Source: the human T2T-CHM13v2.0 reference genome, Homo sapiens
Assembly (NCBI GenBank): GCA_009914755.4
Contig: CP086569.2
Span: 19,424,001-19,488,000 of the forward strand
Direction: 5' to 3'
Length of the DNA stretch: 64,000 bases
The notes under the pieces are model-generated. The model was not told where the DNA came from. It did no database searches and was given only the letters and a program-made list of their open reading frames with translations. A program made the translations under genes and the position numbers. Positions 1-13,851 of this stretch are shown here, in pieces (position 1 is the first letter of the stretch; every line of letters starts with the position of its first letter).

Positions 1-299
1 ACAAGCAGTCCTGCACTGTAAAGGGACTTGAACCCCAAGCTCAGGGGACACCATGGAAAGAGACTTCAGCCCGCTGATGGAATACTGGAGATAGGAATTT
101 TTTATTGAGGTATAATTCCCATAATATGTTAACTGTTTTTTAAGGTATAATTCAGTGACACAGGAATGTGCATGTTCTACCACTTCTTAATTCCAAATTA
201 TTTTCATCATCTCAAAAGGAAATCCCCTACCTATTAAGGAGCTACTACCCAATCTGTCCTCTTTCTGACTCCTGACAATTAACAATCTGTTTTCTTTCT

Positions 300-1130
300 C
301 TGTGAAATTATTTATTTTGGATATGTTTATAAATAAAATCATACAATACGTGACTTTTGTGCTTAGCTTCTTTAAACACAATGGTTTTGCAGTATCTTCA
401 CATTGTAGTATGAATGTCTCAATCCTTTTTATGGCTAAATATTATGCCATTGTAAGGATATGCTACATTTTGTTTTCCTGTTATTTATTGATGGACATTT
501 GTGTTTTTTCCATGTTTTAGTTATTGTGAATAATTCTGCTATCAATATATGTGTACACTTTTTTTTAATACCTACTTTACATTGTTTTGTGAATATACCT
601 GGGAGTGGATTTGCTGGTTTCTATGATAATTCTATGTTTAGCTTTTTGCAGAAATATCAAGCTATTTTCCACAGAAGAGGAATTATTTTACCTTTGTGAT
701 TCTCCATTTCCATGTCAACACATTTTAGTTTATGGTTTTAAATAATAATAATTATAATGAGTGTGAAGTGGTGTCTTATTGTGGCTTTGATTTGCATTTC
801 TCTGAGGTGAGTGATGTTGAGCTAATTTTTATGTGTTTTTTTGTGTATCTTTGGAGAAAAGTATTTTCAATTAATTAATTTATTTTTTTAATTGGATTGT
901 TTGTCTTTTTGTTCTTGAGTTGTAAGAATTCTTTCTATATCCTGGATAGTAGACATTTATTCTTATATATGGCTTGCAAATATTTTGTCCTACACTGTTG
1001 GTTTTCTATTGACTATCCTGATAGTGTCCTTTGAAGCATGAAAGATTTTAGTTTTAAGGAAGTTCATTTTATCTATTTTTTTCTTTTGTTTTCTGTGCAT
1101 TCTCTGTCCTACCCAGGAAACCATTGTCAA
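300..1130 (-). mobile_element. LINE-1 fragment (ORF2 3' region), antisense on the plus strand
   Basis: The plus strand reads as the reverse complement of L1 ORF2/3' sequence. For example, 770-830 (tgtcttattgtggctttgatttgcatttctctga...) is the RC of the L1 motif gaaatgcaaatcaaaaccacaatgaga, and 830-1000 follows the L1 antisense consensus. No intact ORF. Confidence 0.55.
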
Positions 1131-1139
1131 ATTCAATGC

Positions 1140-1420
1140 CACTAAGCACATAAAAATATGTTCCACATCATTAGCCGTTAGGTAAACAAATATCTAAACC
1201 ACAATGAGCTTACCACTTTATACCCACTAGAATGCCTTTATTTTTTATTTATTTATTTATTTATTTTGGAAAAAAGGAGAGTTGGAGAATATGTGGAGCA
1301 AATGGAACCCCTGTGCATTGCTGGTGAGAATGTGCAATGGTGGTGGTGGTTGCACGATAACATAAACATACTTAATGCCACTTACCTATACACCTACAAA
1401 TGTTTAGATTGGTGAATTTT
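1140..1420 (+). mobile_element. Old L1 (L1M-like) 3' fragment, sense orientation
   Basis: aaaccacaatgagcttaccactttatacccactagaatgcc and ggagaatatgtggagcaaatggaacccctgtgcattgctggtgagaatg resemble the L1 3' ORF2/UTR consensus (ggagaggatgtggagaaataggaacac...) but are strongly diverged. Confidence 0.4.
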
Positions 1421-1533
1421 ATTTTATGATTCTTTTACCCCATACAACAAAGGCTTCCTGAGAATTGGTCCTGAAATAGTTTAATGTGTAGTGAAAGAAG
1501 ATCCTTCTCTTCTAGAGTGAGTAGGAGCCTTTT

Positions 1534-1824
1534 ATTTTTCTTGAGACAGAGTCTTGCTCTGTCACCCAGCCTGGAGTGCAGTGGCGCAGTCTCCACTCAC
1601 TGCAAATTCCACCTCATGGGTTCATGCCATTCTCCTGCCTCAGCCTCCTGAGTAACTGGGACTACAGGTGCCCACGACCATGCCTGGCTAATCTTTTTGT
1701 ATTTTTTAGTAGAGGCAGGGCTCCATCGTGTTAACCAGGATGGTCTCTATCTCCTAACCTCGTGATCCACCCACCTCAGTCTCCCAAAGTGCTGGGATTA
1801 CAGACATAAGCCACCACGCCAGGC
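1534..1824 (-). mobile_element. Alu element (full length, minus orientation)
   Basis: RC of the Alu consensus (gagacagagtcttgctctgtcacccag...gggattacag...gccaccacgccaggc) with a T-rich head at 1534. Flanked by the target-site duplication agtaggagcctttt (1520-1533 and 1827-1840). Confidence 0.9.
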
Positions 1825-3204
1825 AGAGTAGGAGCCTTTTTATTCACGCTGGTACTACACACTACTGGCTCTTCCAAACACATAGCATGATCTCACCAAC
1901 CAGAGGGAGCTTAATTCTAACTGGCCCATTTGTACTTCTTTCCAACATCCTATTCCCCTATTCAACTCACTCCCTGCCCTCTACAAACCACTGTACATCA
2001 GAGGTCGGTTTACCTTCGCTGTAGACTTTTCATAATGTCATAGAAATGCGATCATACAGTACATGACATCTTCAGACTGGTGCTTTTTGTTATTATTGTT
2101 TTCTCATTATTCCATAATTGCTGCCAAAAGAAGCATGCATATGTTTTGCCACAGAAAACTGATCGTAGTCTGAGCTCTACTTAGTAAACATTAAAAAAAA
2201 TATGCTAGTACCTATTGTGGCATTGATCCTGTTTTTTAATTGATGATTTCTACAATGAGATAGTAAGTTGTAGCTAATAAGACAATGTGCTGAATTAGTG
2301 TGATACTTCACTATGTAGAGATCTCATTCAACAAAGTGATTCCTTTACAGGTGTCTGCAGGGGTCTGTCCCACAGACCCTGACTCAATGGTGGGTGAATA
2401 AAGTACTCTGAAACGCAGATACTCTGCTTTGCCAGTCCAGCTGAGCATTTGGGCTGCTTACAGACTGCAGGCAGAGTGGTGTAAACATTTTTGACTGTGG
2501 CCCTGACCAACTACTAAGACTTGCATTTATTCAGTAACGACTAATTGACAAAGGCTTGAGTCAAAACCACTAAGGGGTAATTGACAGTGTGGACTTCTGA
2601 TTAGAAAGAAATTAAGCACCTGTGGAAAGTCAAAGGATAGTCTTCAGACCTCACAAGTAAGCAAGCTAGTTACACAAACACCCCATATTCCTTTGTTTCT
2701 ACTCTAACATATTTAAATAAAGGGAAAAGGCTGCCTTCATCCAAGTTTATTACTGGAGCTGATGCCAACCCCGCAGTCATTCCAGTAAGGTTTGCATCTG
2801 ATAATTTTCCCCACCATCCTGACTGAACCCCCACAGATGTGAAAGCAGCAACAGGAATTGCTACAGTACAAACTAGTTTCTTTGGGAACTGAAAAAAACC
2901 ATTGATTTCAATTTCAGTACATATTTTGCAACACTTAATATTTGATACAGAATAGAACTCTGGAGGTTTTCCTTCTTAAATCTGCTTTTTCAAAGTGAGC
3001 CAAAGTGTGAAATCACATGATTTTGGTCTGTTAGTTTTTCCTTCACCTTTCACAATGTGGCACTGATTTTGATTGACATTTGAAGACAGAGACTAATTTA
3101 TTAAAATATTTCTCCCTGTTCTTTTTCTTTTTGCTTTTAAACATCACAAGTGAAACTTCTGGTAATTTCAAGAGTGTACACTTTAAATAAGAATAAAAGC
3201 CAGT

Positions 3205-6200
3205 GGGCATCTGGCAAGATGGTTGAAAAAGAAAAGCTTTTGTTGGCAGCTCCCACAGAGACCAACAAAAGACCGGTAATTTCTGCATTTCCACCTAAGG
3301 TACCCAGTTCATCTCGTTGGGACTGGTTAGACATTGAGTGCAGCCCACAAAAGGCAGCAGATACAGGTGAGTGTTGCCTCACCAAGGAAGTGTGAGGGGC
3401 TGGGGACTTCCTCCCTAGCCAAGGAAAGCCATCAGGGGCTGTGCTATGAAGTCCACATCCTGCACATTTCTCACAGGTTTTGCAACTCACAGACCAGGAG
3501 ATTCCCTAGTATGCCTATGCAACCACAGCCTTGGGTTTCAAGCACAAAACTGGGTGCCTGCTTGGGCAGAGGCTGAGATAGCTGCAAAAAAATATTATGT
3601 ACCCCAGTGGCACCTGGAACCCCAGTGACAAAGAACCATTCACACCTCTGCAAAGGGGGCTAAAGCCAGGGAGCCAAGTGGTCTCACTCATCAGGTCTCA
3701 CTCCCATGCAGCACAGCAAGCAGAGATGCACTGGCTTCAAATTCTCACTATCCACCTAGAAGTCTGAAGTCAACTTGGAATGATTAAGCTTGGTGGGGAG
3801 ATGGTTGATCACCATTACTGAGACTTGAGTATAAGGATTTCCCCTCACAGTGTTAAGAAAGCTGCCAAGAAGTTTGGACTGCATGGGACTCACACAAGCA
3901 AGCAAAGCAGATGTGGCCAGGTTGGCTCTCTAGATTCCTCCTCACTAAGTAGGGAATCTCTGAAAGAAAGGCAGCAGCCCCAGTCAGGGACTTATATGTA
4001 AAAGTCCCATCTCTCTGAGAAAGAAACTGTGAGAAAAGGGATGGCTGGGAGTGCAGCTTCAGCAGACTTAAACATTCTTGCCTGCCTGCTCTGAAGAGAG
4101 CAGTGTATCTCCCAGAAGTGTGCTCGAGCTCTGCTCAGGGACAGACTGCCTTTTCAAATGTGTCCCTGACTCATGTGTCTCCTGACTAGAAGACACCTCC
4201 CAGCAGGGCTCAACAGATACTTCTACAGGAGAGCTCTGGCTGGCACCAGTTAGGTACAACTCAGGATCAAATCTTCCAATTACTGTTGTTCTGCAACTTC
4301 AGATGGTGACACCCAGGCAGACAGCATCTAAAGTAGACTGCCAGCAAACTCTAGCAGATCTGCAGAAGAGATGCCTGACTGTTAGAAGAAAAACTAACAA
4401 ACAGAAATCAGTCACATCAACATCAACAAAAAGGACACACACACAAAACCCAATCCAAAGACTATCGGCATCAAAGATCCCAGGTAGATAAATCCACAAA
4501 AAATGAGGAATATCCAGCATAAAAGTGCTAAAAATTCAAAAATACTAGAATGCCTCTTCTCCTCCAAATGATTCCAAGCACTCTGCAGCAAGGGCACAAA
4601 AGTGGATGGGGAATAAGGTTGATGAATTGACAGAAGTAAACTTGAGAAAGTCGGTAATAACAAAATTCTCTGAGCTAAAGGAGCATGTTCTAACCCAATT
4701 CAAGGAAGATAAGAACCTTGATAAGTCATTACAGGAACTGCTAACAAAAATAACCAGTTTAGAGGAGAACATATATGACCTCATGGAGATGAAAAACACA
4801 GCGCAAGAAACATTGTGAAGCAAAAACAGGTATCAATAGCTGAATTGATGAAGATGAAGAAAGGATATTAGAGAATGAAGATCAACTTAATGAAATAAAG
4901 GATGAAGACAAGACTAGAGAAAAACGAATAAAAAGGAACAAACTAGCCTCCAAGAAATATGGGACCATGTCAAAAGGCCAAACCTACAATTGATTGGTGT
5001 ACCTATAAGTGATGGGGAAAATGGAACCAAGTTTGAAAACACACTTCAAGGCATTATCCAGTAGAACTTCCACAACCTAACAAGACAGGCCAACATTGAA
5101 ATTCAGGTAATACAGATAACACCACTAAGATACTCCTTGAGAAGAGCAACATGAAGACCTATAACTGTCAGATTCTCCAAGGTTGAACAAAAATAAAAAA
5201 TGTTAAGGACAGCCAGAGAGAAAGGTCAGGTTACCTACAAAGGGAAGCACATCAGAATAACATCGGCTCTCTCTGCAGAAACCCCACAAGCCAGAAGAGA
5301 GTAGGGGCCAATATTCAGCATCCTTAAAGAAAAAAAAAAATTCAACCTAGAATTTTATATTCAGGCAAACAAAGCTTCATAAATAAAACAAAAATAGAAT
5401 TGTTACAGACAATCAAAGGTAGATGGTTTTTGTCATCACCATGCCTGCCTTAGACGAGCTCCTGCAGAAAACAGTAAATATGGAAAGAAAAAACCTGTAC
5501 TCACCACTGAAAAAAATGTCAAAATATAAAGACCAACAACACTATGAAAAAAGTGGATCAACTAGTATGCAAAATGACCAGCTATTATTGCTATGCCAGG
5601 ACCAAATTGACACATAACAATATTAACCTTCGATGTAAATGACCTAAGTTTGCCAATTAATGTACACAGACTGGCAAATTGGATGAAGAGTAAAGACCCT
5701 GTGTTATTCTACATTCAGGAGACCCATCTCATGAGTGAAGACACATGTAGGCTCAAAAGAAAGGGATGGAGGAATAGTTTCCAAGCAAATGGAAAGTTAA
5801 AAAAAAAAAAAGGATTGTAATCCTAGTCTCTCCTAAGACAAACTGTAAACCGACATAGATCAAAAAAGACAGAGTAGTTGCATAATGGTAAAGGGATCAA
5901 TGAAACAAGAAGAGCTAATGATCCTAAATATATATGAACCTAATACAGTAGCACCCAGATTTATAAAGCAAGTTCTTAGAGACTTACACAGCCTAGACTC
6001 CCATACAATAATAGTGGGAGACTTTAACACCCCACTATCAATATTACACAGATAAATGAGACAGAATATCAACAAGAATACTCAAGACTTGAACTCAGCT
6101 CTTGACCAAGCAGAGCTAATAGATATCTACAGAAGTCTCCACCCCAAATCAACATAATGTACATTATTCTCAGCACCATATAGCACTTATTCTAAAATTG

Positions 6201-9200
6201 AGTACATAATTGGAAGTAAAACACTCCTCAACAAAAGCAAAAGAACAGAAATCAAAACAAACCGTCTCTCAGACCAGGGTGGACTAAAATTAGAACTCAG
6301 GATTAAGAAACTCATTCAGAACTGCACAACTACATGGAAACTGTAAAACCTGCTCCTGAATGACAACTGGGTAGATAACAACGTTAAGAAAGAAAGAAGT
6401 TGCTTGAAACCAGTGAGAACAAAGACACAACCTACCAGAATCTCTGGCACACAGCTAAAGCAGTGTTAAGAGGAAAATTAATAGCACTAAATGCCCACAT
6501 CAGAAAGTGGGACAGATTTAAATCAACACTCTACAGTCAGAATGAAAAGAACTAGAGAGACGGGCATGGTGGCTCCTGCCTGTTATTTCAGCACTTCGGG
6601 AAGTTGAGCCAGGCAGTTAGCCTGAGTTCATGACTCCAAGACCAGCCTGGACAACCAACATGGTGAATCTCTGTCTCTACAAAAATGTAGCCGGGCAAAA
6701 TGGTGCACAACTTTAATCCCAGATACTCAGGAGGGTGAAGTTGGGTAATCTCTTGAACCCAAAAGATAAAAGTCGCAGTAATCTGAGGTCGCACCACTCC
6801 ACTCCAGTGTGGGTGACAGTATGAGACACCTTAAAAAAATGAAAGAAAGAAAGAAAGAAAGGAAAAGAACTAGAGAAGCAAGAACAAACAAATTCAAAAC
6901 CTGACACAAAAAAGAAATAACTGAGTGCAGAGCGTAACTGAAGGTGATAGAAACAGGAAAATCCTTCCAAAAATCCATGAATCCAAGAACATTTTTGTTG
7001 TTGCTGTGAGGATTAACAAAATAGATAGACTGCTAGCCAGACTAATAAAGAAAAAAGAGAGAAGAACCAATTAGACACAGTAAAAAAAAGGACAATGGAG
7101 ATGTAACCACTGATCCCTAGACACACAAACTACCATAAAAGAATACTGTAAACACCTCTATGCAAATAAACTAAAAAATCTGGAAGAAATAAATTAATTC
7201 CTGGACACATACACCATTCCAAGACTAAATCAGAAAAAAAGTAGAATCCCTGAAGAGACCAACAAATTCTAAAATTGAGGCAGTAATTAATAGCCTACCA
7301 AACAAAAAATTGCCAGACCAGAGAGATTCACAGCTGACTTCTACCAGATGTGCAAAGAAAAGCTGGTGCTATTTCCTTCTGAAACTATTCCAAACAATAG
7401 AGAAAGAGGGACTCCTCCTGAACTCATTTTATGAGGCCAGCATCATCTTACTACCAAAGCCTGTCAGAGACGCAACAAAAAGAGAAAATTTCAGGCCAAT
7501 ATCCCTGATGAAAATTGAAGTGAATATCCACAATAAAATAATGGCAAACTGAATCCAGCAACACATCAAAAAGCTTATCCATACGATCAAGTCAGCTCCG
7601 TCCTTAGATTGCTAGTCTAGTTTCAACATATGCAAATCAATAAACATAATCCAGCATATAAAGAGAACCAATGACAAAAACCACATAATTATCTCTATAG
7701 ATGCAGAAAAGGCCTTTGGTAAAATTCAACATCACTTTTTGCTAAAAACACTCAATAAACTGGGTATTGATGGAATGTATCAGAAAGTAATGGGAGCTGT
7801 TTGTGACAAACCCATAGGCAATGTCATACTGAATGGGCAAAACCTGGAAACATTCCCTTTGACAACCTAAAACAAAAGGCACAAGACAAGCATGGCCTCT
7901 CTCACCACTCCTATTCAACATAATATTGAAGGTTCTGGCCAGGACAATCAGGCAAGAGAAAGAAATAAAGGGTATTCAAATAAAAATAAAGGAAATCAAA
8001 TTGTCCCTGTTTGCAGATGACATAGCTGTATCTTTAGAGTACCCCATTTTCTCAGCTCTGTACTCCTTAACAATAGACAAGGAACTTGTCTATTGTATAT
8101 GTTTCTTAAGCTTGTAAAGAACACCAGCAAGGTCAGGCTACAAAATCAATGTGCAAAAATCACAAGCATTTCTATAAACCAATAGTAGACATACGAGAGC
8201 CAAATCATGAGCGAACTCAAATTCACAATTGCTCCAAAGAAAATAAAATTACTAGGAATGCAGCTTACAAAGCATGTGAAGGACTTCTTTATGGAGAGCT
8301 ACAAACCACTGCTCAAGGAAATAAGAGAGGACACAAAAATATGGAAAAAAAATTATGTTCATGGACAAGAAGAATCAATATCGTGAAAACGACCATAGTG
8401 CTTAAAGTAATTCACACATCTACAATGATCTGATCTTCGACAGGCCTAACAAAAGCAAGCAACGGGGGAAGGATTCCCTGGTACTGGGAAAACTGGATAG
8501 CCATATGCAGAAAGCTGAAACTGGATCCCTTTCTTATAGCTCATACAAAAATTAACTCAAGATGAATTCAAATCTTAAACGTTAAATCTAAAACCATAAA
8601 ACCCTAGAAGAAAACCTAGACAATACCATTCAGGATATAGGCATGGACAAAGGCCTCATGACAAAAACACCAAAAACAATGGCAACGAAATCCAAAATTG
8701 ACAAACGGGACCTACTTCAATCAAAGAGCTTCTCCACAGCAAAAGAAAATATTGTCAGAGTGAACAGGGGACATACAGGATGTGAGAACATTTTTTCAAC
8801 CTATCCGTCTGACAAAGATCTAATATCCAAAATCTACAAGAAACTTAAAAAGATTTACAAGAAAATAAAAAACAGACAAACCCCATCAAAAAGTGGGCAA
8901 AGCAAATGAACAGACACTTCTCAAAAGAAGACATTTAATCAGCCAACAAACATACATAAAAAAAGCTCGGCGTCACTTGTCGTTAGAGAAATGCAAATCA
9001 AAACCACAATGAGCTATCATCTCACACCAGTCAGGATGGCGACCATTAAAAAGTCAGGAAACAACAGATGCTACTGAAGTTGTAAAGAAATAAGAATGCT
9101 GTATACTGCTGGTGGGAATGTAAATTAGTTCAATCATTTTGGAAGACAGTGTGGTGATTCCTCCAGGATCTATAACCAGAAATACCATTTGACCCAGGAA

Positions 9201-9736
9201 TCACATTATGTGGTATACACCCAGAGGATTATAAATCATTCTGCTATAAGGAAACATGCACATGTATGTTTATTACAGCACTACTCACAGACAAGAAAGA
9301 CATGGAACAAACCCAAAAGCCCATCAATGATAGACTGGATAAAGAAAATGTGGCACATATACACCATGGAATACTATGCAGCCACTAAAAAGAGTAAGTT
9401 CATGTCCTTTTTCAGGGACATGAATGATGCTGGAAACCATTATTCTCAGCAAGCTAACACGGGAACAGAAAAGCAAACACTACCTGTTCTCATTCATAAG
9501 TGGGAACTGAACAATGGGAACACAGGGAGGGAAATATCACACAATGGGGCCTGTCGGGGAGTAGGGGGCAAGTGGAAGGAGATCATTAGGACAGATACCT
9601 AATGCATTCAGGACTTAAAACTTAGATGATGGGTTGATGGGTGCAGCAAACCACCATGGCACATGTACAACTATGTAACAAATCTGCATGTTCTGCACAT
9701 GTATCCTAGAACTTAAATTATAATTAATAAAAAAAG
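3205..9736 (+). mobile_element. Full-length but decayed L1PA-type LINE-1 (5'UTR, ORF1 remnant about 4606-5620, ORF2 remnant about 5620-9430, 3'UTR and A-rich end)
   Basis: The 5' end ggcaagatggttgaa resembles the L1PA 5'UTR start. The ORF 4606-4818 (MGNKVDELTEVNLRKS...) is an L1 ORF1p N-terminus. Endonuclease and RT motifs lie along 5600-8400 and carry many stops. The 3' end reads ...ccaccatggcacatgtacaactatgtaacaaatctgcatgttctgcacatgtatcctagaacttaaattataattaataaaaaaag. The ORF 9189-9602 is L1 3'UTR translation, not a gene. Confidence 0.9.
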
Positions 9737-10415
9737 TCGGGATAAATAACAAATCAAATAGTATCCATGAATTTATGATGACTCCCTATTTGGTTTTTAC
9801 TAAATACTTTTTCTGTGTTTTGTGTCTCCAAGAAAGCAAAATAACAATGCATTGTACCAAACATTTTAAAAGAACTTACTAAAAAGCAATTCGAGTCAAT
9901 CAATTCTTTTATCTCTTAATGAAAACAAGTGTGGGTTAAAAACCAGCTCTCCTAATGCTTGTCAGTGCCTCAAGGTGCTTAGGATAAAAATAAAACTTCC
10001 AAACTAAGGACACTTGGCAGCCTCCAGAACTTTAAGAAAAGCTGAGATATAAAGTATCCAGCCTCTGGCTCTTTCTGGGACAGCATGTCCAGTACCTTGG
10101 GGGCCCCTGGGCCCTGAAGGAAGGGCGGAGGTCGGGTAGGTGAGGGTGGTCTTTGGAGCCACTGCGGCTACTCATGGGACAGGTTGGAGTCTCAGCCTTC
10201 AGCAGAAGCAGCAGGCTTTCAGCCAGCAGTGTTTGGGGTGCCTGCCTGTTTTCCATCTCTATGTGATGTATCTGCTCAGGTTTTTACCCTGGACTTGGGT
10301 TGCTTATCTTTGTCAGTTTTAGAGTTTCTGTGAACTTTGTGCATACAAGTCACTTTTCAGGTGAGTTTGCTACATTTTTCTATCTGTGGCTGGTTTTTTG
10401 GTTCTCTTAACCAGA

Positions 10416-10718
10416 TTTTTTTTTTTTTTTTTTTTTTTGAGGCAGAGTTTCATTCTGTCGCCAAGGCTGGAGTGCAATGACCCAATCTAGGCTCACTGCA
10501 ACACCTATCTCCCAAGTTCAAGGGATTCTCCTGGCTCAGACTCCTGAGCAGCTGGGATTATAAGTGCATGCCAGAAATTCCAGTTAATTTTTTGTATTTT
10601 TAGTAGAGATGGGTTTTCACCATGTTTACCATGCTGATCTGGATCTCCTGACCTCAGGTGACCCAGCCGCTTCGACTTCCAAAAGTGCTGAGATTACAGG
10701 CTTGAACTGCCATGCCCA
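10416..10718 (-). mobile_element. Alu element (minus orientation)
   Basis: A 23-nt poly-T head at 10416-10438 followed by the RC Alu consensus (gaggcagagtttcattctgtcgccaaggctggagtgcaatg ... attacaggcttgaactgccatgcccaac). Confidence 0.9.
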
Positions 10719-11331
10719 ACTGTAGAAGGGTATTTCACAGAGTAGACATTTCAGCTTTCAATAAAGCCACTATTATCCTTTTTTTTTTTTCATGGACTTG
10801 CTAATAACTCATTACCAAACCCAAACCCATGAGGACATTTTCCAATTACAACTTTGCATTGAAAAATTTTAATGTATGGCTATTTTTGACTATTTTTTTT
10901 AGCTATGAAATTTGTATATATGTCCATTTGTTTCCATATAGTTTCCAGCTGTTTTCTTGCCCCTTGTGGAATAGACTTACCGTTTCCAAATTTTTTACAT
11001 TTTTTTGACATGTTTGTCACAATTTTGACAAATTTTTTTTACATTTTTGACAAAATCAGTTGACTTGGGCCTGTGTGGGGGCTGTCTATTCTGTCCACTT
11101 AACTACTTGTCTGTTAAATCATCAATGCCACACTCTTGTTTGCTAAGCTAGCTTTAGTGTAAGTATTCATATCCATATGTGTAAGTCCTTTAGCTTTTTT
11201 CTTCTTCAGTCTTATTTCATCTATTCTAGGTTTAGGAAGAGATTGTTGATATATTTGCCTGGAATTTGATTGGGATATGACTGAAATATTAATACATGTG
11301 TACTTCTCCAGAACAAGACACATCTCTTCCT

Positions 11332-11603
11332 TTATTTATTTATTGAGAAAGAGTCTTGCCGTGTCACCAAGATTGGAGTGTAGTGGCACGATCTCCGCTC
11401 ACTGAGATTCTCCCACTTCAGCACCACAAGTAGCTGAGATCACAGGCATGCACCACCAAGCTCAGCTTAATTTTTGTATTTTTGGTAGAGATGGGGTTTC
11501 ACCATGTTCCTCAGGCTGGTCTCTAACTCGTGGACTCAAGTGATCTGCCCACTGTAACCTCCCAAACTGGTGAGATTATAGGCATGTTCCACTGTGCCTG
11601 GCC
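11332..11603 (-). mobile_element. Alu element (minus orientation)
   Basis: RC Alu consensus (gagaaagagtcttgccgtgtcaccaagattggagtgtagtggcacgatctc ... gagattataggcatgttccactgtgcctggcc). Confidence 0.85.
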
Positions 11604-12019
11604 TGTATGCATTTACTAATATTTCTTTTGATTTCTCTCAGTTGTGACTGATTGTTTTCTGAATGAACTTTGCCTATTTTGTTACATTTATACTTAATGG
11701 ATTCAATTTTGTAGGAAGTATTGTAAATGGTGGTTAAGTATTTCAAATTCCAATGATTTCTATTCATTATTGCTGATATAGAGAAAATCAACTGAGTTTT
11801 GTCTATTGACGATCTTCTTTGCTTCTTTTTATATCCATTCAAGGTATGGGAAGGTTGGCTCTATTTCACTTCCACTTCCTGAGATGACCGCCTGGATTAA
11901 CCCACCCTGAATTTCAAAGATTTCCCAGGGCTACTACCGGGGGAGGGGGCATGGGGCAGATGCACTGAGCTTGCAAACCAACTCTCTGAGGGGCAGGGTG
12001 TTCTCACAGTGACTTGGAC

Positions 12020-12310
12020 AGAGATTCCTTCTCCTCAGGACACACCCAGAAGAGGCCGTTGTTTTAGGGTACCTGGGGAACCTATGGCCACGTTCATGGT
12101 GCAGACTAATGCTACTTCATTTCAGGACCCACCCAACAGTGGCCTCAGCTTGGGGACATCTGGAGTCGCATCCACCATGAGGACGAAGCCTCCTTCTCTT
12201 CTGGACCTGCCCAGGAGTGGCCGTTGCTACAAGACCTCTGTTGCTACGTCCAGGGTGAGAATAAAGACTTCTCCTCAGGACTCTCCCAGGAGAAGACATG
12301 GCATTGAGAC
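12020..12310. repeat. GC-richer block with a periodic roughly 35-bp motif (cttctcctcaggaC.C.cccaggag..g.c), three copies at about 12028, 12189 and 12268
   Basis: Seen directly: ttctcctcaggacacacccagaagaggccgttg, ccttctcttctggacctgcccaggagtggccgttg, acttctcctcaggactctcccaggagaagacatgg. The overlapping 117-aa and 79-aa ORFs on both strands are low-complexity and are probably by-products of the repeat. Confidence 0.4.
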
Positions 12311-13851
12311 ATCTGGTGGCCAGGTGAGGAAAAGACACCCTGTCTGCAGCACCCAATACTGATGAGGGGCACTGTCCTGGGCCTTACTTCCCAGTCCTGG
12401 CCTCCACTTCTGACTTTACAAAAGTGTCCCTTGAGTGAGGCAGTGACCACGCATTTTAACGGCTACCAAAGTGTGGTTTGCAGATGATCTGGACTTGTTT
12501 CTGGGGGTAGAGTCTGTTACAGAGAAAGGAGAGGTGCTGAGTGGAGCCACCGTGACAGGCTCTATCAATACTTTTTTTCGTGCTTTAATGACTCATTTTT
12601 CTTAGAGAACTAAAGTATATAGTTGAAACAATATAGAAAAATTTTAAGTAGGCATATTAGAACTCGAATTATTATTTAAATTTAAATATATGATGTATGC
12701 CTGGTTAGCAACATTTTTTCTTTTCCTGAGACAGTCATAGTTTAACTGAGAATGCATTGGTAGTGATAATGAAAATGTCTGTTTTATAAGGATTGACATC
12801 CTACATTAGCTGAGATATACTAACAATATCAAACTTTGATATTATACCATAAAATTAATTGAATTCTGAGCCAAATATGAGTGACAAATGGTCCATGACA
12901 CAGCCCTACTCTGGAGATCCTGAGAACATGTGCTCCAGGTTGTGTATTCACAGCCTACATTTATGCATTTTAGGGAGACATGAGACATCAATCAAACGCA
13001 TGAAGATGTACATTGGTTTGGTCCAGAAAGGACGCACAACTTGAAAATAGCCATGGTGCAGGTCTGGGCTTTCAAGTTACAGGTAGATTTACATATATTT
13101 TACTTGGCAGTTGGCTGAAAGAGTTAAGTTATTATCTAAAAACATGGAATCAGTAGATGGGAATGACTGGGTTACAATAAATAATAAAGGCTGTAGAGAC
13201 CAAGTTTTATCATGATGATGAATCCTCCATGTAGCATGCTTGAGAGAATAAGAGGTAAATATTTCTTATTAGACTTAAGGTATAGGTCGCTGTTAATGAT
13301 GGTCAACTTTTTCTAAAGTTCAAAAGGGAGGAGCGTGTAATGAAGCATGTCGGTCCCTCTTTCCTGTCAGGACCTGAACCAATTTAGGAATGCCCCTGGT
13401 CAAAAGGAGGGCTCTATTCTGATGCCTGTGGTGGGGGCGGGGGAGGAGGGGCAGAAGAGTTATTTTTTTTTTTTACAAGTGTTTCACTTCTGTTTACAAA
13501 AGTATAACCTTCTAAATTGTTATAAATTATAATTAGTCTAAGACCTAAAAGGGATTTCTTTCATCAAAAAAAAAAAAAAAAAAATAGAACATTAAAAAAC
13601 CTAAGCCACGACACCTTGCCAGATTATTTTTTTCTTTCTGTTTCTACAGTTGCCAAGGATGCTTTGCTTATAAGTCATATAGTTGACTCATTGACCATCT
13701 GGGTATAGTTCTGTTGCTTCTTCCAAAATTGTACCTAGTAACCTTCAAAAATTGTTATGAAAAAGTGTCTTAAATTGTAGAAATAAACAAAATGAAAAGA
13801 CACTTTTAAACAATGCTGGGATTTATCAAATGACAGAAGAAATTTCTACTG

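Noticed and set aside
9189-9602. 137-aa ORF (plus) and the similar 60-aa ORF at 22094-22276 (minus)
   Set aside because: Both are translations of the L1 3'UTR region (MIDWIKKMWHIYTMEYYAA...), which recurs in every L1 copy. They are not genes.
10860-11320. Possible old L1/L2 fragment
   Set aside because: Only vague resemblance to LINE 3' sequence. I could not anchor any diagnostic motif, so it is not reported as a feature.
12009-12362. 117-aa ORF (plus) and overlapping 79-aa and 68-aa ORFs (minus) as a possible protein-coding gene
   Set aside because: Low-complexity P/S/R/T-rich translation, overlapping ORFs on both strands generated by a periodic GC-rich motif, and no recognisable domain. 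The locus is more likely a repeat or a non-coding exon.
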